A stretch of DNA of 59,345 bases from Candidatus Eiseniibacteriota bacterium. Lineage in GTDB: Bacteria; Eisenbacteria; RBG-16-71-46. The stretch spans positions 1 to 59,345 of the forward strand of contig JBBRLX010000028.1 of assembly GCA_038231135.1 (NCBI GenBank), in the 5' to 3' direction. The position numbers were made by a program, and so were the translations under genes. Shown here one piece after another: positions 26,918 to 36,352 of this stretch (its first letter is position 1; every line of letters begins with the position of its first letter). A model generated the notes under the pieces. The model made no database searches. It was given only the letters and a program-made list of their open reading frames with translations, and was not told the origin of the DNA.

Positions 26918-28654
26918 TCAGCGCGTAGCGGCCAGCGCGTCGTACGCCGGCCAGTCGATGCGGTACGACGTGTAGACCGCCTGCGTGGGACGCATGATGC
27001 CGGGATCGGGCACGGTGACGCTCGCGACCGGCGTGAACGCCGCCGCGTACGGACTCCGCGCGAGCAGCGCGTACGCCGAATCGGCGCGATCGATCACGAA
27101 TTCCGGGCGTGCGAATCCCGCGAACCGCAGCCTGGCGACGGCGTCCTCGAGCGACTCGCGCCGCAGGATCGGGATCATCCGCGGCGTCACGAGGCCGGTG
27201 GTGTCGAGCACGCGCCGGCGGCTGAAGTACCCGATCGCGCCGATGTTGGGGGCCGCGATCGTCGCCGCGGGCGGCGCGTTGGCGGCGAACCACTCCCCCA
27301 TCGGAATCAGGCTGCGCTCCATGCCCAGTGTGAGCGAGCGCACCTGGGGCAGCACGCCGAACTCATAGATCAGCCCGTTCTGGATCACGACGACCACGGC
27401 GAGCACGACCGCGGCGAGCACCGCGCGCCGCGGATCGGCAGCGGCGAGCGCCGCGGACGACGCTTCGCGGGCTCCCGGCGACCACCAGCGCTCGGCGCCG
27501 CGCCACGCCAGCCACGCCAGCACCGGCGACACGAGCAGCAGGTAGCGCGACAGCATGTCGATCCCGCTCGCGACATAGACCACCGGCAGCAGCAGTATCC
27601 ACGCCCACGGCAGCCACACCGGGGTGGCGTCGCCGGCAGGCGGGCGCCGCGCGGGGAAGCTCCAGCCCTGGGCGTCGTGCGCCGGGCCGCCGGCGGCACC
27701 GGGCGCCGCGGCGTCCGGCGGCATTGCGGCCCGCGCGCCGGCGGCCCGCTCCGACGCCGCGACGCCCGTGGGTGCCGCCCGCGCGCCCGCGCGGTTCCTC
27801 ACGATCGTCATCACCAGCGACACGGCGAGGACCAGGCCGAGCGCGCCGTCGGTGGCGCCCAAGATGAGGAACGCCCGCCGTGTCGATGCGATGCGGTACG
27901 CGAGATCGACCGTGCCCGCGGTCTTCGCCACCAGCGTGTTCGCCAGCCACTCGCCGAAGTAACCGCGCGCGAACAGCAGCCAGCCGCCGTAGATCACGGC
28001 CGGCGGCGCGACACCGAGCACCAGCCGGCGCCAGGGATCGGCGCCCGCTCCCGCCCGGACGGCGGAGCGGCGGTCGAGGATCAGGAACAGGCCCCACAGC
28101 AGTAGCAGCACGGCGCCTTCGGGGCGCGCCAGCGCGAACAGCGCCCACAGCGTGCCCGTGAGCGCGGGCCGCGAGCCCCACGGCGTCCGGTCGGTGAACG
28201 CCACGAATCCCGCCAGCAGCAGCGCGACCGCCAGCGGAGTCTCCATGCCCGACATCGACCAGCGCAGCATCCACGCCTGGCAGGCCCACGCCACCGTGGC
28301 CAGCACGCGCAGCGCCGGCGACCGCAGCGTGCGACGCGCCAGCAGGAAGAACAGCACCACCGACGCGAGCGTGGCGAGCGCCCCCAGCAGATGCGCGGCC
28401 GCCACGCCGTCGGCGCCGAGCGCGATCGCCGCGGCGAGCATCGCGACCCACAGCGGACTCGTGCAGCCGTAGACCCGTTCGCCCACGTTGAACACCAGGC
28501 CGTCGCCGTGCGCGAGGTGCCGGGCGTATTGCAGGTGGATGAACGTATCGTCGGTGAGGTAGCCGCGCACCGGCCACAGCAGCGCGGCGGTGATCGCCAG
28601 TGCGACGATCAGGCCGGCCCACTCCCCGGGAGCGGGCGGATCACGATGCGGCAT
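26918..28654 (-). CDS. Polytopic GT-C-type membrane glycosyltransferase
   Basis: DDTFIHLQYARHLAHG.GLVFN.GE...G.TSPLW, SGMETP, RPEG motifs and many TM helices. GGAGG RBS. Confidence 0.75.
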   Translation of the reverse strand: MPHRDPPAPGEWAGLIVALAITAALLWPVRGYLTDDTFIHLQYARHLAHGDGLVFNVGERVYGCTSPLWVAMLAAAIALGADGVAAAHLLGALATLASVVLFFLLARRTLRSPALRVLATVAWACQAWMLRWSMSGMETPLAVALLLAGFVAFTDRTPWGSRPALTGTLWALFALARPEGAVLLLLWGLFLILDRRSAVRAGAGADPWRRLVLGVAPPAVIYGGWLLFARGYFGEWLANTLVAKTAGTVDLAYRIASTRRAFLILGATDGALGLVLAVSLVMTIVRNRAGARAAPTGVAASERAAGARAAMPPDAAAPGAAGGPAHDAQGWSFPARRPPAGDATPVWLPWAWILLLPVVYVASGIDMLSRYLLLVSPVLAWLAWRGAERWWSPGAREASSAALAAADPRRAVLAAVVLAVVVVIQNGLIYEFGVLPQVRSLTLGMERSLIPMGEWFAANAPPAATIAAPNIGAIGYFSRRRVLDTTGLVTPRMIPILRRESLEDAVARLRFAGFARPEFVIDRADSAYALLARSPYAAAFTPVASVTVPDPGIMRPTQAVYTSYRIDWPAYDALAATR

Positions 28655-28723
28655 CGAACGTCCTCCGGGTCGGGCTCGTGACGGGACGCGCCACGATAGC
28701 ACTGCCGGGGAACACGCGCCCGT

Positions 28724-31276
28724 TTAGCGGACGATCACCACGCGCACGGCCGTGGGCTCCCCCGCGCGCACCAGGTAGAGTCCCGGCGGCAGCGCCCGGC
28801 CCGTGGCATCGCGGGTCTGCCACACCGCCGCACCGCCGGCAGCGGTCGCGGTGACGGGGATGCGCGCCACGCGGCGACCCGCGAGATCGATGACGTCGAT
28901 CGCAGCGCCGCTGCCGGCCGGCAGCGAGAATGCGACCGCGGCGCCCGCGATCACGGGATTCGGGCCGTAGTGCAACCCACTCGCGGCCTGGGAGCCCGGG
29001 CCGACGCCGGCGGTGACCTGCGGCGCCGACAGGAACACCGAGCGGCCTTCCACCGTCGGCAGCGGCACCGGACCGCCATCGAACGTCTGGTCACCGCCCG
29101 GCGCATGCCAGATCAACCGGTAGTCCGTGATGCGTCCGGAGTCATTGAGGTAGCCGGCGTCGTCCACGCGCAGCCACCACGGATGCGAGCTCGACGGCGG
29201 CAGCAGCGAATTCGCCGATCCGTCCGGGACGTCGATCCGGAACGTCCATGCCACGCTGCCGGTCGTGCTCGTGCCGTTCACCCAGTCGCTCGACACGGCC
29301 GCACTCGTGCCCGGCAGCGGCAGGCTGACAGCACCCGACGGCCCGGCGGCCGAGACGAGCCCTGTGACGTCGTGGTCGTAGGCATCGTGCACCACGGTCA
29401 GTTCGATCGTCGCGATCGGTGGTCCGCTCGGGCTCACGACGCGGCGCGCGGGCGTTGCGTAGCGCATGCCGGCCTCGGTGTACGCCGCGCGATACCAGAA
29501 CGGACGGCCATGTTCCGCCGCCGGCACCGGCCAGTTGCGCGCATAGGCGTGGCGGTTGACCGCAGTCGCGAGCGACGAGTCGCCCGCCGCCGCGACGGAA
29601 TCGTAGCCCGCGAACGTACCCGGGGCGCCGGCCACATCGGGGGCGCGCTCGAACACGAACCGGGCGGCGCCGCGCTCACGCTGCGTGCGCAGCGACGCCG
29701 CGATCGAGCTGCTGCCGGGCGTCAGCTCGAGCGCCGTCAGCTGCGAGCGCCCGGGCTGCTCCAGCTCGAGCTTCGCCGCGTAGAGATCGACCACGCCCCA
29801 GCCGAGCGACGCGTTCCAGCGCACGTCGTCCCCCGCCGGCCCCGCGGGCGTACCGCTGACGCCACGCCGCGCCGTGGACCGCAGCAGAACCGCGATCGCG
29901 TCGGGCGTCAGCGCGGGATGGGCCGAGCGCAGCGCAGCGACCACGCCGCTCACGAACGCCGCCGCCATGCTGGTGCCGCTCAGGCGCTGATATTGGGCGC
30001 CGTCGCTCGCGAGCGAGCCGTCGGCGGACAGCACCGCGACACCGGGTGCTGCGAGATCGGGCTTCTGCTGGCCGCCCGTGATCGTGATGCCGGCATCGGG
30101 GCGCGGTCCCGAATTCGAGAACGCGGCCCAGCGGTCGTCGCCGGGCTCGGGTGTGCGCTGCACGTCGATGGCACCCACCGCGAGCGCCTGGCTGGCGCCC
30201 GCCGGCGACGGCGCGAACCCGGTGCGTCCGGAGTTGCCGATCGAGGTGACCACCACCATCCCCAGCTCGACCGCGCGGTCGGCGAGGCGCGCCACGACAT
30301 CGGTGCCGTCGCTGGCGTCGGGGCTCGACAGCGACAGGTTGATCACCTGGATGCCGGCATAGCCGGGCGCGCCCCAGTCGCGACCGCGATTGTGAATGCA
30401 CCAGTCGAGGCCGTCGGCGACACCGATGCCCGATCCCGCGTCGCTCAGCACCTTCACGTCCACGAACCGCGCGCCGGGCGCGACGCCGATCGCGTAGCCG
30501 CTCGCGCCGCCCGAGCCGAGGACGATGCCGGCCACGTGCGTGCCGTGCGAATGCGTGGCGTCGCCGCCGCGGTCCACGGGGTTCACGCTGCTGTCGGGCG
30601 GCGTATCGAGCAGCGAATCGCCGTTCACGAACGACGCGCCGCCGAGGCACCGGCCAGCGAGCGATTCGTGACCGGGATAGGCGCCGTCCGCGGCATCGTT
30701 GATGCCCGTGTCGAGGATCGCGACCGCGACGCCGGCGCCGTCGGCGCCGCCGGTTCCGGACCAGGTCGGGAACACTCGCTCCGATGCGTCGCGGGCGGCG
30801 ATCGCCGCTGCGCAGTCGTGCAGTTGCGGATCGAGCTCCGGCACAGCCTCGACGCGCTCGACGCCCACGAGCCCCGCCGCCGCCTGCGCCTGCGCGAATG
30901 TGGCGAGCGCCCGGACCGCGGGCACGCCCTCGTAGCGATGCAGCACCGGAATGCCGAGCGTCGTCAGCGCGACGATGTCACCCGGAGTCGGATCGTGATC
31001 GAACACCACGTAGATGCCGTAGGACAGGCCGCCCGGGGTGCGGATCACCTGGATCCGCTGCGGTGCGAGGGTGTCGCCGTTCTCGAACGAGAATTCGTAG
31101 CCGAGCAGGTGCACGGACTCGATGCGGTCGTCGAGCCCGTTGTCGTCCTGATCCCAGATGAACGGCGCCGCCAGCGCCGGGCCGGCGGCGCAGGCCAGCA
31201 CGACGAGCAGCAGCGCGAACAGCATCGAACCGGAAGCGGCGGAACCGCGGCGGGTGGACCGGTTGGCAGGGTTCAT
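28724..31276 (-). CDS. Second secreted S8 protease, paralog of 21135-24695, with sorting-type C-terminus
   Basis: ILDTG / HGTHVAG / GTSMAA triad. Shares WDQ..N..DDRIE, YPGHESL.G, LDWCI.NR.R.WG and TQRE.G with the first protease. Start at 31276 or 31225. Confidence 0.85.
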   Translation of the reverse strand: MNPANRSTRRGSAASGSMLFALLLVVLACAAGPALAAPFIWDQDDNGLDDRIESVHLLGYEFSFENGDTLAPQRIQVIRTPGGLSYGIYVVFDHDPTPGDIVALTTLGIPVLHRYEGVPAVRALATFAQAQAAAGLVGVERVEAVPELDPQLHDCAAAIAARDASERVFPTWSGTGGADGAGVAVAILDTGINDAADGAYPGHESLAGRCLGGASFVNGDSLLDTPPDSSVNPVDRGGDATHSHGTHVAGIVLGSGGASGYAIGVAPGARFVDVKVLSDAGSGIGVADGLDWCIHNRGRDWGAPGYAGIQVINLSLSSPDASDGTDVVARLADRAVELGMVVVTSIGNSGRTGFAPSPAGASQALAVGAIDVQRTPEPGDDRWAAFSNSGPRPDAGITITGGQQKPDLAAPGVAVLSADGSLASDGAQYQRLSGTSMAAAFVSGVVAALRSAHPALTPDAIAVLLRSTARRGVSGTPAGPAGDDVRWNASLGWGVVDLYAAKLELEQPGRSQLTALELTPGSSSIAASLRTQRERGAARFVFERAPDVAGAPGTFAGYDSVAAAGDSSLATAVNRHAYARNWPVPAAEHGRPFWYRAAYTEAGMRYATPARRVVSPSGPPIATIELTVVHDAYDHDVTGLVSAAGPSGAVSLPLPGTSAAVSSDWVNGTSTTGSVAWTFRIDVPDGSANSLLPPSSSHPWWLRVDDAGYLNDSGRITDYRLIWHAPGGDQTFDGGPVPLPTVEGRSVFLSAPQVTAGVGPGSQAASGLHYGPNPVIAGAAVAFSLPAGSGAAIDVIDLAGRRVARIPVTATAAGGAAVWQTRDATGRALPPGLYLVRAGEPTAVRVVIVR

Positions 31277-31286
31277 GTCGGAAGCA

Positions 31287-34200
31287 TCACACCGGGTCTT
31301 TGAGCGGGACTTGAGCAAGTGGGCGAACATGTTGTGCCCCAGACGGTTCGGGTGATGGTTTGGATCGCGTCGGCGGCCCGGGATCCCGCCAGCCATGGAC
31401 GCTGTCGCCGCTCAGCAACCGCTTCACGGCGTCCTCGGTTTCGGGGAGCGGATCCACCCCCAGCTCGCGCCGCAGCAGAGTGCGAAGCCGCTCGTAGTCC
31501 ACCATCGCCGCGCGGCGGTTGCCGAGGCGGACGTGGCACTCCATCACGGCGAGGCACGTGGCCTCGCGGAACTCGTCGAGTTCGAGCGCCCGCTGGAACA
31601 GCCCCAACGCGGGCTCGAAGTCCCCCATGGTCGCACATAGATTGGCCAGCTGGAGCAGAATCTTCTCCATGCGGTCACGAGACCGCGACGTGAGCTCGTC
31701 GGCCCAGTCGGCATAGAATCCGTCCAGGAACCGGCCCGACGCGAGCTCGATCGCGCGCTCCAATTCGGTGCGGCGCTCGCGCGCATCCTCCGCCCGCCGC
31801 GCCGCGTCGGCCGCCTGATCGAGATCCCAGGCATCGCACGTCAGCGGATAGGCCGGGTTGAGCCGGTAGCGCTCGCCCTCTCGCAGGATCGGCGCCGCGT
31901 CCGCACGCGGCAGCACGCCACGGATGTAGGACAGCGTCGGGTGCAGGTTGCGCCGGCCGGCCGCGGCCTGGCGGCCGGGCCAGAACCGGTCGAGCAGCAC
32001 ATCGCGGCTCACGCCGCCCGGATGGAGCGCCAGGTAGACCAGCATCTGGAACGCTCGCTGGGTGCGCCAGCTCGACGCCGGCAGCGGCCGGCCGTCGAGG
32101 ATCAGGTGCGGAGGACCATGCAGCACGAGCCGCACCGCCGGCGCCGCCGGCGCCAGCGCGGCTGCGCCGCGGCCGCTGCGGCCTTCGATGTGGCGCAGCG
32201 CACTCTTTACCGCCGGCAGCAGCGCCGGCCGGTCACGCCCGATCGCGCTCAGCGCGACGATCGATACCGGGCCGCCGACCTCGGCAAGCACCGCCAGCAC
32301 GGTCTCGCCCGTGCCCACGGCCGGATCGTTCAGCAGCTGGAGCAGTTGGGCCTCGACCGCGGGGCCCGCCTCGACGAGTGCCGCGGCCACGGTGTCGGGC
32401 TCGATGCCGTGCGCCAGCGCGTACAGCAGCGGCGCCGCGTCCTCGCGCGCCTGCACCTCGAGGAAGTACCGGTAGCCGCGCTCGCGCACCCGCGCCAGCG
32501 CGATCGTGAGGTGCTCGCCCACACCCGCGTGCTCGCCGAGCGCGAGCAGCGCTTCGCCGAGCCAGTAGTGGATGCGCATCTGGAGATAGCCGTTCTCCCC
32601 CGCGTCGGCCGCGGTGGCCAGCGGCGCGAGCAGCGCGCGCGCCACGCTGAGCCGGCCGGCGCGCAGCTCGCACCACGCGAGCGCCGCCCGTGCCTCGGCC
32701 AGGCGCGGATCGTCGGGACGCTGCTCGAGGCGGCCGATCGCCTCGTTCACGAATTCGACCGCGCGGCGGTACTGGCCGCGCGCGAGGAACACGCGGCCGT
32801 GGAGCAGCAACAGGTCGGCCTCGATCACCTCCATCCGCAGCTCGGCGTTCAGCTCCTCGGCGCGCTTGACCGCCGCCAGCGCGCCGTCGAGGTCACCGCT
32901 CTGCGCGAGCGCCTGCGCCAGCGCCTGGTGGCATATGCATTCCTGCGCGCGGTTCGAGAACCGCTGCGCGGCGAGCAGGCCCTCCTCCGCGGCGCGGCGC
33001 GCCTCGGGGATCTCGCCCAGCTCCGACAGGTGGAACGACAGGTTCGACAAATACAGCGGGGCCCGCGGCGACGACGTGCCGCGCACCTGCGCCAGGGCCA
33101 CGCGGAACTCGCTCGATGCCTCGCGGAACCGGCCCTGCGCGGCATAGGCGCCGGCGAGGTTGTGAATCGTCGGCAGCAGCAGTTCCGGGTCCGGCGTATC
33201 GGCGAGCAGCGCGCGCACGCGTGCCAGCACTTCGATGGCGGCCTGGTACTGGCCGAGGTAGAAGTGGGCGCCGGCCTTCATCTGGTAGAGCCGCGCCCGC
33301 GTGCCCGGGCCGACGTCCATTCCCATGCCGAGCCCGCGCTCGGCCATCCCGAGCACCTGCTCGTGGCGGCCGCGCAGATTCAGCACCTTGCCGAGCCCGA
33401 TCAGCGCACGGCATTCGGCGGCGCGCAGGGCGCGCGAGCGGCAGCGTTCGAGCACCTCGACGTACAGCACCTCCGCCTCGTCCCAGTTGCCGAGCGTCTG
33501 GCGCGTGTCGGCGAGCGTCAGCGCGAGATCGACATCGTCGCGCACGGTGGCGGCCGGCAGCTCGCTGAGATATTCGAGCACGGTCGCGGCCCGGCCATCG
33601 GCGAGCAGCGCGGGTGCAAGCTCGCGCAGGCTGGCCGCCGCTTCGCCGGCCCGGCCGGCGCGCAGCCAGTGACGCAACGCGCGCTCCGGCTCACCGCGAG
33701 CGGCGAGCGTCGCCGCGACCGCCGCCTCCGCCTCGCGCAGCGCCGCGGGGCCGCCGATCGTCTCGAGCTCGTGGCGCACAAACCGGCGCACGAGGTCGTT
33801 GCACTCGTACGACACCTGCGCACCCGAACCGAACGCCCGCAGCAGCCCGCGACGCACCAGGCCCTCGAGCGTCGCTGCCGGGTGCGGAAGTCCGGTGAGC
33901 GCGGCCGCGAGCGGTGGATCGAACCGCTGGACCGCGACCGTGCGATCGAGCAACAACCGGGCGTCGCCGTCGAGCCGCGAATACACTTCGGCCGACAGAT
34001 AGTCGTGCAGCTCGAGATTCGAGGACCGGAAGTCCGCGAGCACACCCTCGAGGCCGAGCGCCGAGTCCCGGCGCAGTGCCTCGTGGACCAGGTGCACCGC
34101 GGTCGGCCAGCCGAGCGTGGCCTGCTCCAGCGCTTCGATGCCTGTGGCCTCGAGCGGCCGGCGGTAGACGTCGGCGAACAATTGCGCCAGCTCGTCGGTG

Positions 34201-34847
34201 GTGTAGCGCAGATGGCCGGAATGGAGCTCGAACACATCCCCCGACGAGCGGGCGCGCTCGAGCGCGAGCGGCGGCGCCGTGCGCGCCGAGATCACGAGCC
34301 GCACCGACGGCGGCAGGTAGCGCAGCAGCGTATCCGTGAACCCGATCACCGTGCGGCTGGCGGCCACATCCTGGAAATTGTCGAGCACCAGCAGCCGCGT
34401 GGGGCCCTTGAGCATCGCCAGCTCGTTGGCGAGCGTGCCCGCGAGCATCTCGATCGAACGCGAGCCAGGACGCGCATCGTCCAGCGCGCGTTCGAAATCG
34501 CGTCCGAACCGTGGAGCATCGCGCCGGAACCCCTCGAGTACATGGCGCCCGAACACGATGGCATCGGCATCCGAGGGCGCGAGCGAATACCAGATCACCG
34601 GCCGGCGCAGCGATCGGGCGAACGCACCGAGCAGCGTCGTCTTGCCGTACCCGGCATCCGCGATCAACAGCGTCACCGGACGCGTGGCGTGCGCCGCCAG
34701 CGCCTGCAGCAGGCGTGGCCGGTCGAGAACCTGGTGGTCGACGTCCGGGCAGCTGAGCTTCGCGCGTACCACGGGCACCGGAGAGAGTCTCCGGCGGGCG
34801 GCGGCGGAACTGCGCTTCGCGACGAAATGCGCGGCGGCAATGGTCAC
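31287..34847 (-). CDS. MalT-like ATPase-TPR transcriptional regulator with C-terminal SARP-type winged helix and BTAD domain
   Basis: ADAGYGKTT Walker A, LVLDNFQ, T.GWP, TPR array, LVYLALHP.GVSRD...FWP, LRRELGVDPLPET. Confidence 0.85.
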   Translation of the reverse strand: MTIAAAHFVAKRSSAAARRRLSPVPVVRAKLSCPDVDHQVLDRPRLLQALAAHATRPVTLLIADAGYGKTTLLGAFARSLRRPVIWYSLAPSDADAIVFGRHVLEGFRRDAPRFGRDFERALDDARPGSRSIEMLAGTLANELAMLKGPTRLLVLDNFQDVAASRTVIGFTDTLLRYLPPSVRLVISARTAPPLALERARSSGDVFELHSGHLRYTTDELAQLFADVYRRPLEATGIEALEQATLGWPTAVHLVHEALRRDSALGLEGVLADFRSSNLELHDYLSAEVYSRLDGDARLLLDRTVAVQRFDPPLAAALTGLPHPAATLEGLVRRGLLRAFGSGAQVSYECNDLVRRFVRHELETIGGPAALREAEAAVAATLAARGEPERALRHWLRAGRAGEAAASLRELAPALLADGRAATVLEYLSELPAATVRDDVDLALTLADTRQTLGNWDEAEVLYVEVLERCRSRALRAAECRALIGLGKVLNLRGRHEQVLGMAERGLGMGMDVGPGTRARLYQMKAGAHFYLGQYQAAIEVLARVRALLADTPDPELLLPTIHNLAGAYAAQGRFREASSEFRVALAQVRGTSSPRAPLYLSNLSFHLSELGEIPEARRAAEEGLLAAQRFSNRAQECICHQALAQALAQSGDLDGALAAVKRAEELNAELRMEVIEADLLLLHGRVFLARGQYRRAVEFVNEAIGRLEQRPDDPRLAEARAALAWCELRAGRLSVARALLAPLATAADAGENGYLQMRIHYWLGEALLALGEHAGVGEHLTIALARVRERGYRYFLEVQAREDAAPLLYALAHGIEPDTVAAALVEAGPAVEAQLLQLLNDPAVGTGETVLAVLAEVGGPVSIVALSAIGRDRPALLPAVKSALRHIEGRSGRGAAALAPAAPAVRLVLHGPPHLILDGRPLPASSWRTQRAFQMLVYLALHPGGVSRDVLLDRFWPGRQAAAGRRNLHPTLSYIRGVLPRADAAPILREGERYRLNPAYPLTCDAWDLDQAADAARRAEDARERRTELERAIELASGRFLDGFYADWADELTSRSRDRMEKILLQLANLCATMGDFEPALGLFQRALELDEFREATCLAVMECHVRLGNRRAAMVDYERLRTLLRRELGVDPLPETEDAVKRLLSGDSVHGWRDPGPPTRSKPSPEPSGAQHVRPLAQVPLKDPV
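31300..31316 (-). promoter_or_regulatory. Direct-repeat motif GCTCAA-N5-GCTCAA, copy 2
   Basis: GCTCAAGTCCCGCTCAA upstream of S8 protease 2, within the last codons of the regulator ORF. Confidence 0.55.
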
Positions 34848-35179
34848 GGACTTTCCCGGTGTGGTGGCCCGAATGGGTCCTGTGCTCCCGCCCAGCGGGC
34901 CTGGTAGTCCGGACGGTTACTGGTTGGAAACTCGCCGACCCCAGTATATCGCAGGCCAGAATGTCAAAGTGGAGCCGATTCTCGGTCCAGTACGACGTAG
35001 TAAATGGCTGTACCACAACCGATTACGCCGTCGTAACACAGTGGATCGAGCGGGCAGTCTGTGGGATCGGGATCGATCAGCCCACGCGGAAGGGGCGTCG
35101 GAGCGCACGTGGTTCGCCAACTCGGGGCGGAACTGCCACCCGGAACGACCGGGTCCGAGCGCCAGCGTGCGACCCTGGC

Positions 35180-36352
35180 TCAGATCCCGTCGTACCGCGA
35201 ATACCCGCGCTCGTTCCAATAATCGCGCGGCGGGTCGGCCACGTAGGCGACGCTCGTCACCGCCTTGATGTTCTTGAGGCCGAGCTTCATGGGCACCAGC
35301 AGGCGCAGCGGCGCGCCATGGGCCAGTTCGAGCGGACGGCCATCGTGGTGGGTGGCGAGCAGCGTCTGCGGATGACGCGCGGTGTCGAGATCGATCGACA
35401 CGTAGTACGGATCCGGCCGGCCCGAGCCGTCGAGGTTCACCCCCGAGCGCAGCGCCGCGAACCGCATGCCCGGGGCCGGCGGATACGCCTGCAAGAACTC
35501 GGCAAACCGGATGCCGCCCCACCACGCGATCGCGCTCCAGCCTTCGACGCACACCAGCCGCGTCACCTGTTCGTGCAGCGGGAACCGGCGCAGCAGCTCG
35601 TCGATCGACAGCCGCTCGTTGGCTCCCGACGCGAGTCCCGACACCTCGAGCCGCCAGCCCGGCAGATATTCGGGGCCCGGCGTCTGCCCGTCGTAGTTGT
35701 TCCTGAGCGGCGTCACCTGGCCGCGGTCGTAGGTGCGGACGCGGCGATCCTTCGAATACAGCGCCTCGGCAACGTCGTCGTCGAACGTGAGCACGCGATC
35801 CAGCGTGCGCTCGCGGCGGTCGGTCGACAGCCCCACGCGTCCGGCGAGCGTGTCGAGCCGGTCGCGCGCGGCCGGCCCCGTAAGTCGCGCCTTGGCGCCG
35901 TTGGGCAGCAGCCACCACGCGCCGATGGCGGCGACCAGCGTGCCTGCGCCCAACAGCAGGAAGTCGCGGCGCGATTGCGACCGCAGCCGCCCGGCGTCCA
36001 GCTCCACCTCGATCTCGGGCCGTTCCAGCAACGGATGGCGCCAGGCCCCGACGCGGCGCATCTCCGGATCGTGCGACGGCGGCGGCAGCGTATTCGGATC
36101 GAATATCGGAGGAAATTCTGCCGGCGGATCGGGCCCGCGCTCGGGCGGCGGCGCCGGGATCGGATCGCTCAGCGGGGGCGGCGCGGGGCCGGGCTCGCGC
36201 TCGGGCGGCGGCGCCGGCACCGGCTCGCGCACCGGTGGCAGCTCGGGGCCGGGCTCGCGGACCGGCGGCAGGTCGGGATTCGGCCCGCCCGGCGCCGGCA
36301 AGTCCGGGTTCGGCTCGCGCGCGGGCGGCAGGTCGGGATTCGGCGTATTCAA
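35180..36352 (-). CDS. Molybdopterin-dependent oxidoreductase (sulfite oxidase/MsrP family) with Pro-rich N-terminal extension
   Basis: CVEGWS, HPQTLLA, HGAPLRL..P.KLG.KNIK motifs. TTG start with AAAGGAGG RBS overlapping the upstream stop. Confidence 0.85.
   Translation of the reverse strand: MNTPNPDLPPAREPNPDLPAPGGPNPDLPPVREPGPELPPVREPVPAPPPEREPGPAPPPLSDPIPAPPPERGPDPPAEFPPIFDPNTLPPPSHDPEMRRVGAWRHPLLERPEIEVELDAGRLRSQSRRDFLLLGAGTLVAAIGAWWLLPNGAKARLTGPAARDRLDTLAGRVGLSTDRRERTLDRVLTFDDDVAEALYSKDRRVRTYDRGQVTPLRNNYDGQTPGPEYLPGWRLEVSGLASGANERLSIDELLRRFPLHEQVTRLVCVEGWSAIAWWGGIRFAEFLQAYPPAPGMRFAALRSGVNLDGSGRPDPYYVSIDLDTARHPQTLLATHHDGRPLELAHGAPLRLLVPMKLGLKNIKAVTSVAYVADPPRDYWNERGYSRYDGI
36110..36345 (-). 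repeat. Imperfect ~30-bp tandem coding repeats (NPDLPP.REP-type)
   Basis: Repeating units PNPDLPPARE / PNPDLPAPGG / PNPDLPPVRE / PGPELPPVRE / PVPAPPPERE. Confidence 0.7.

Noticed and set aside
34943..34967. TTGACA...TATACT promoter for the regulator (minus strand)
   Set aside because: The spacer is only 13 nt, too short for a single sigma70 promoter.
36110..36345. 30-bp repeats read as CRISPR or iterons
   Set aside because: They are degenerate, in-frame coding repeats without spacers.
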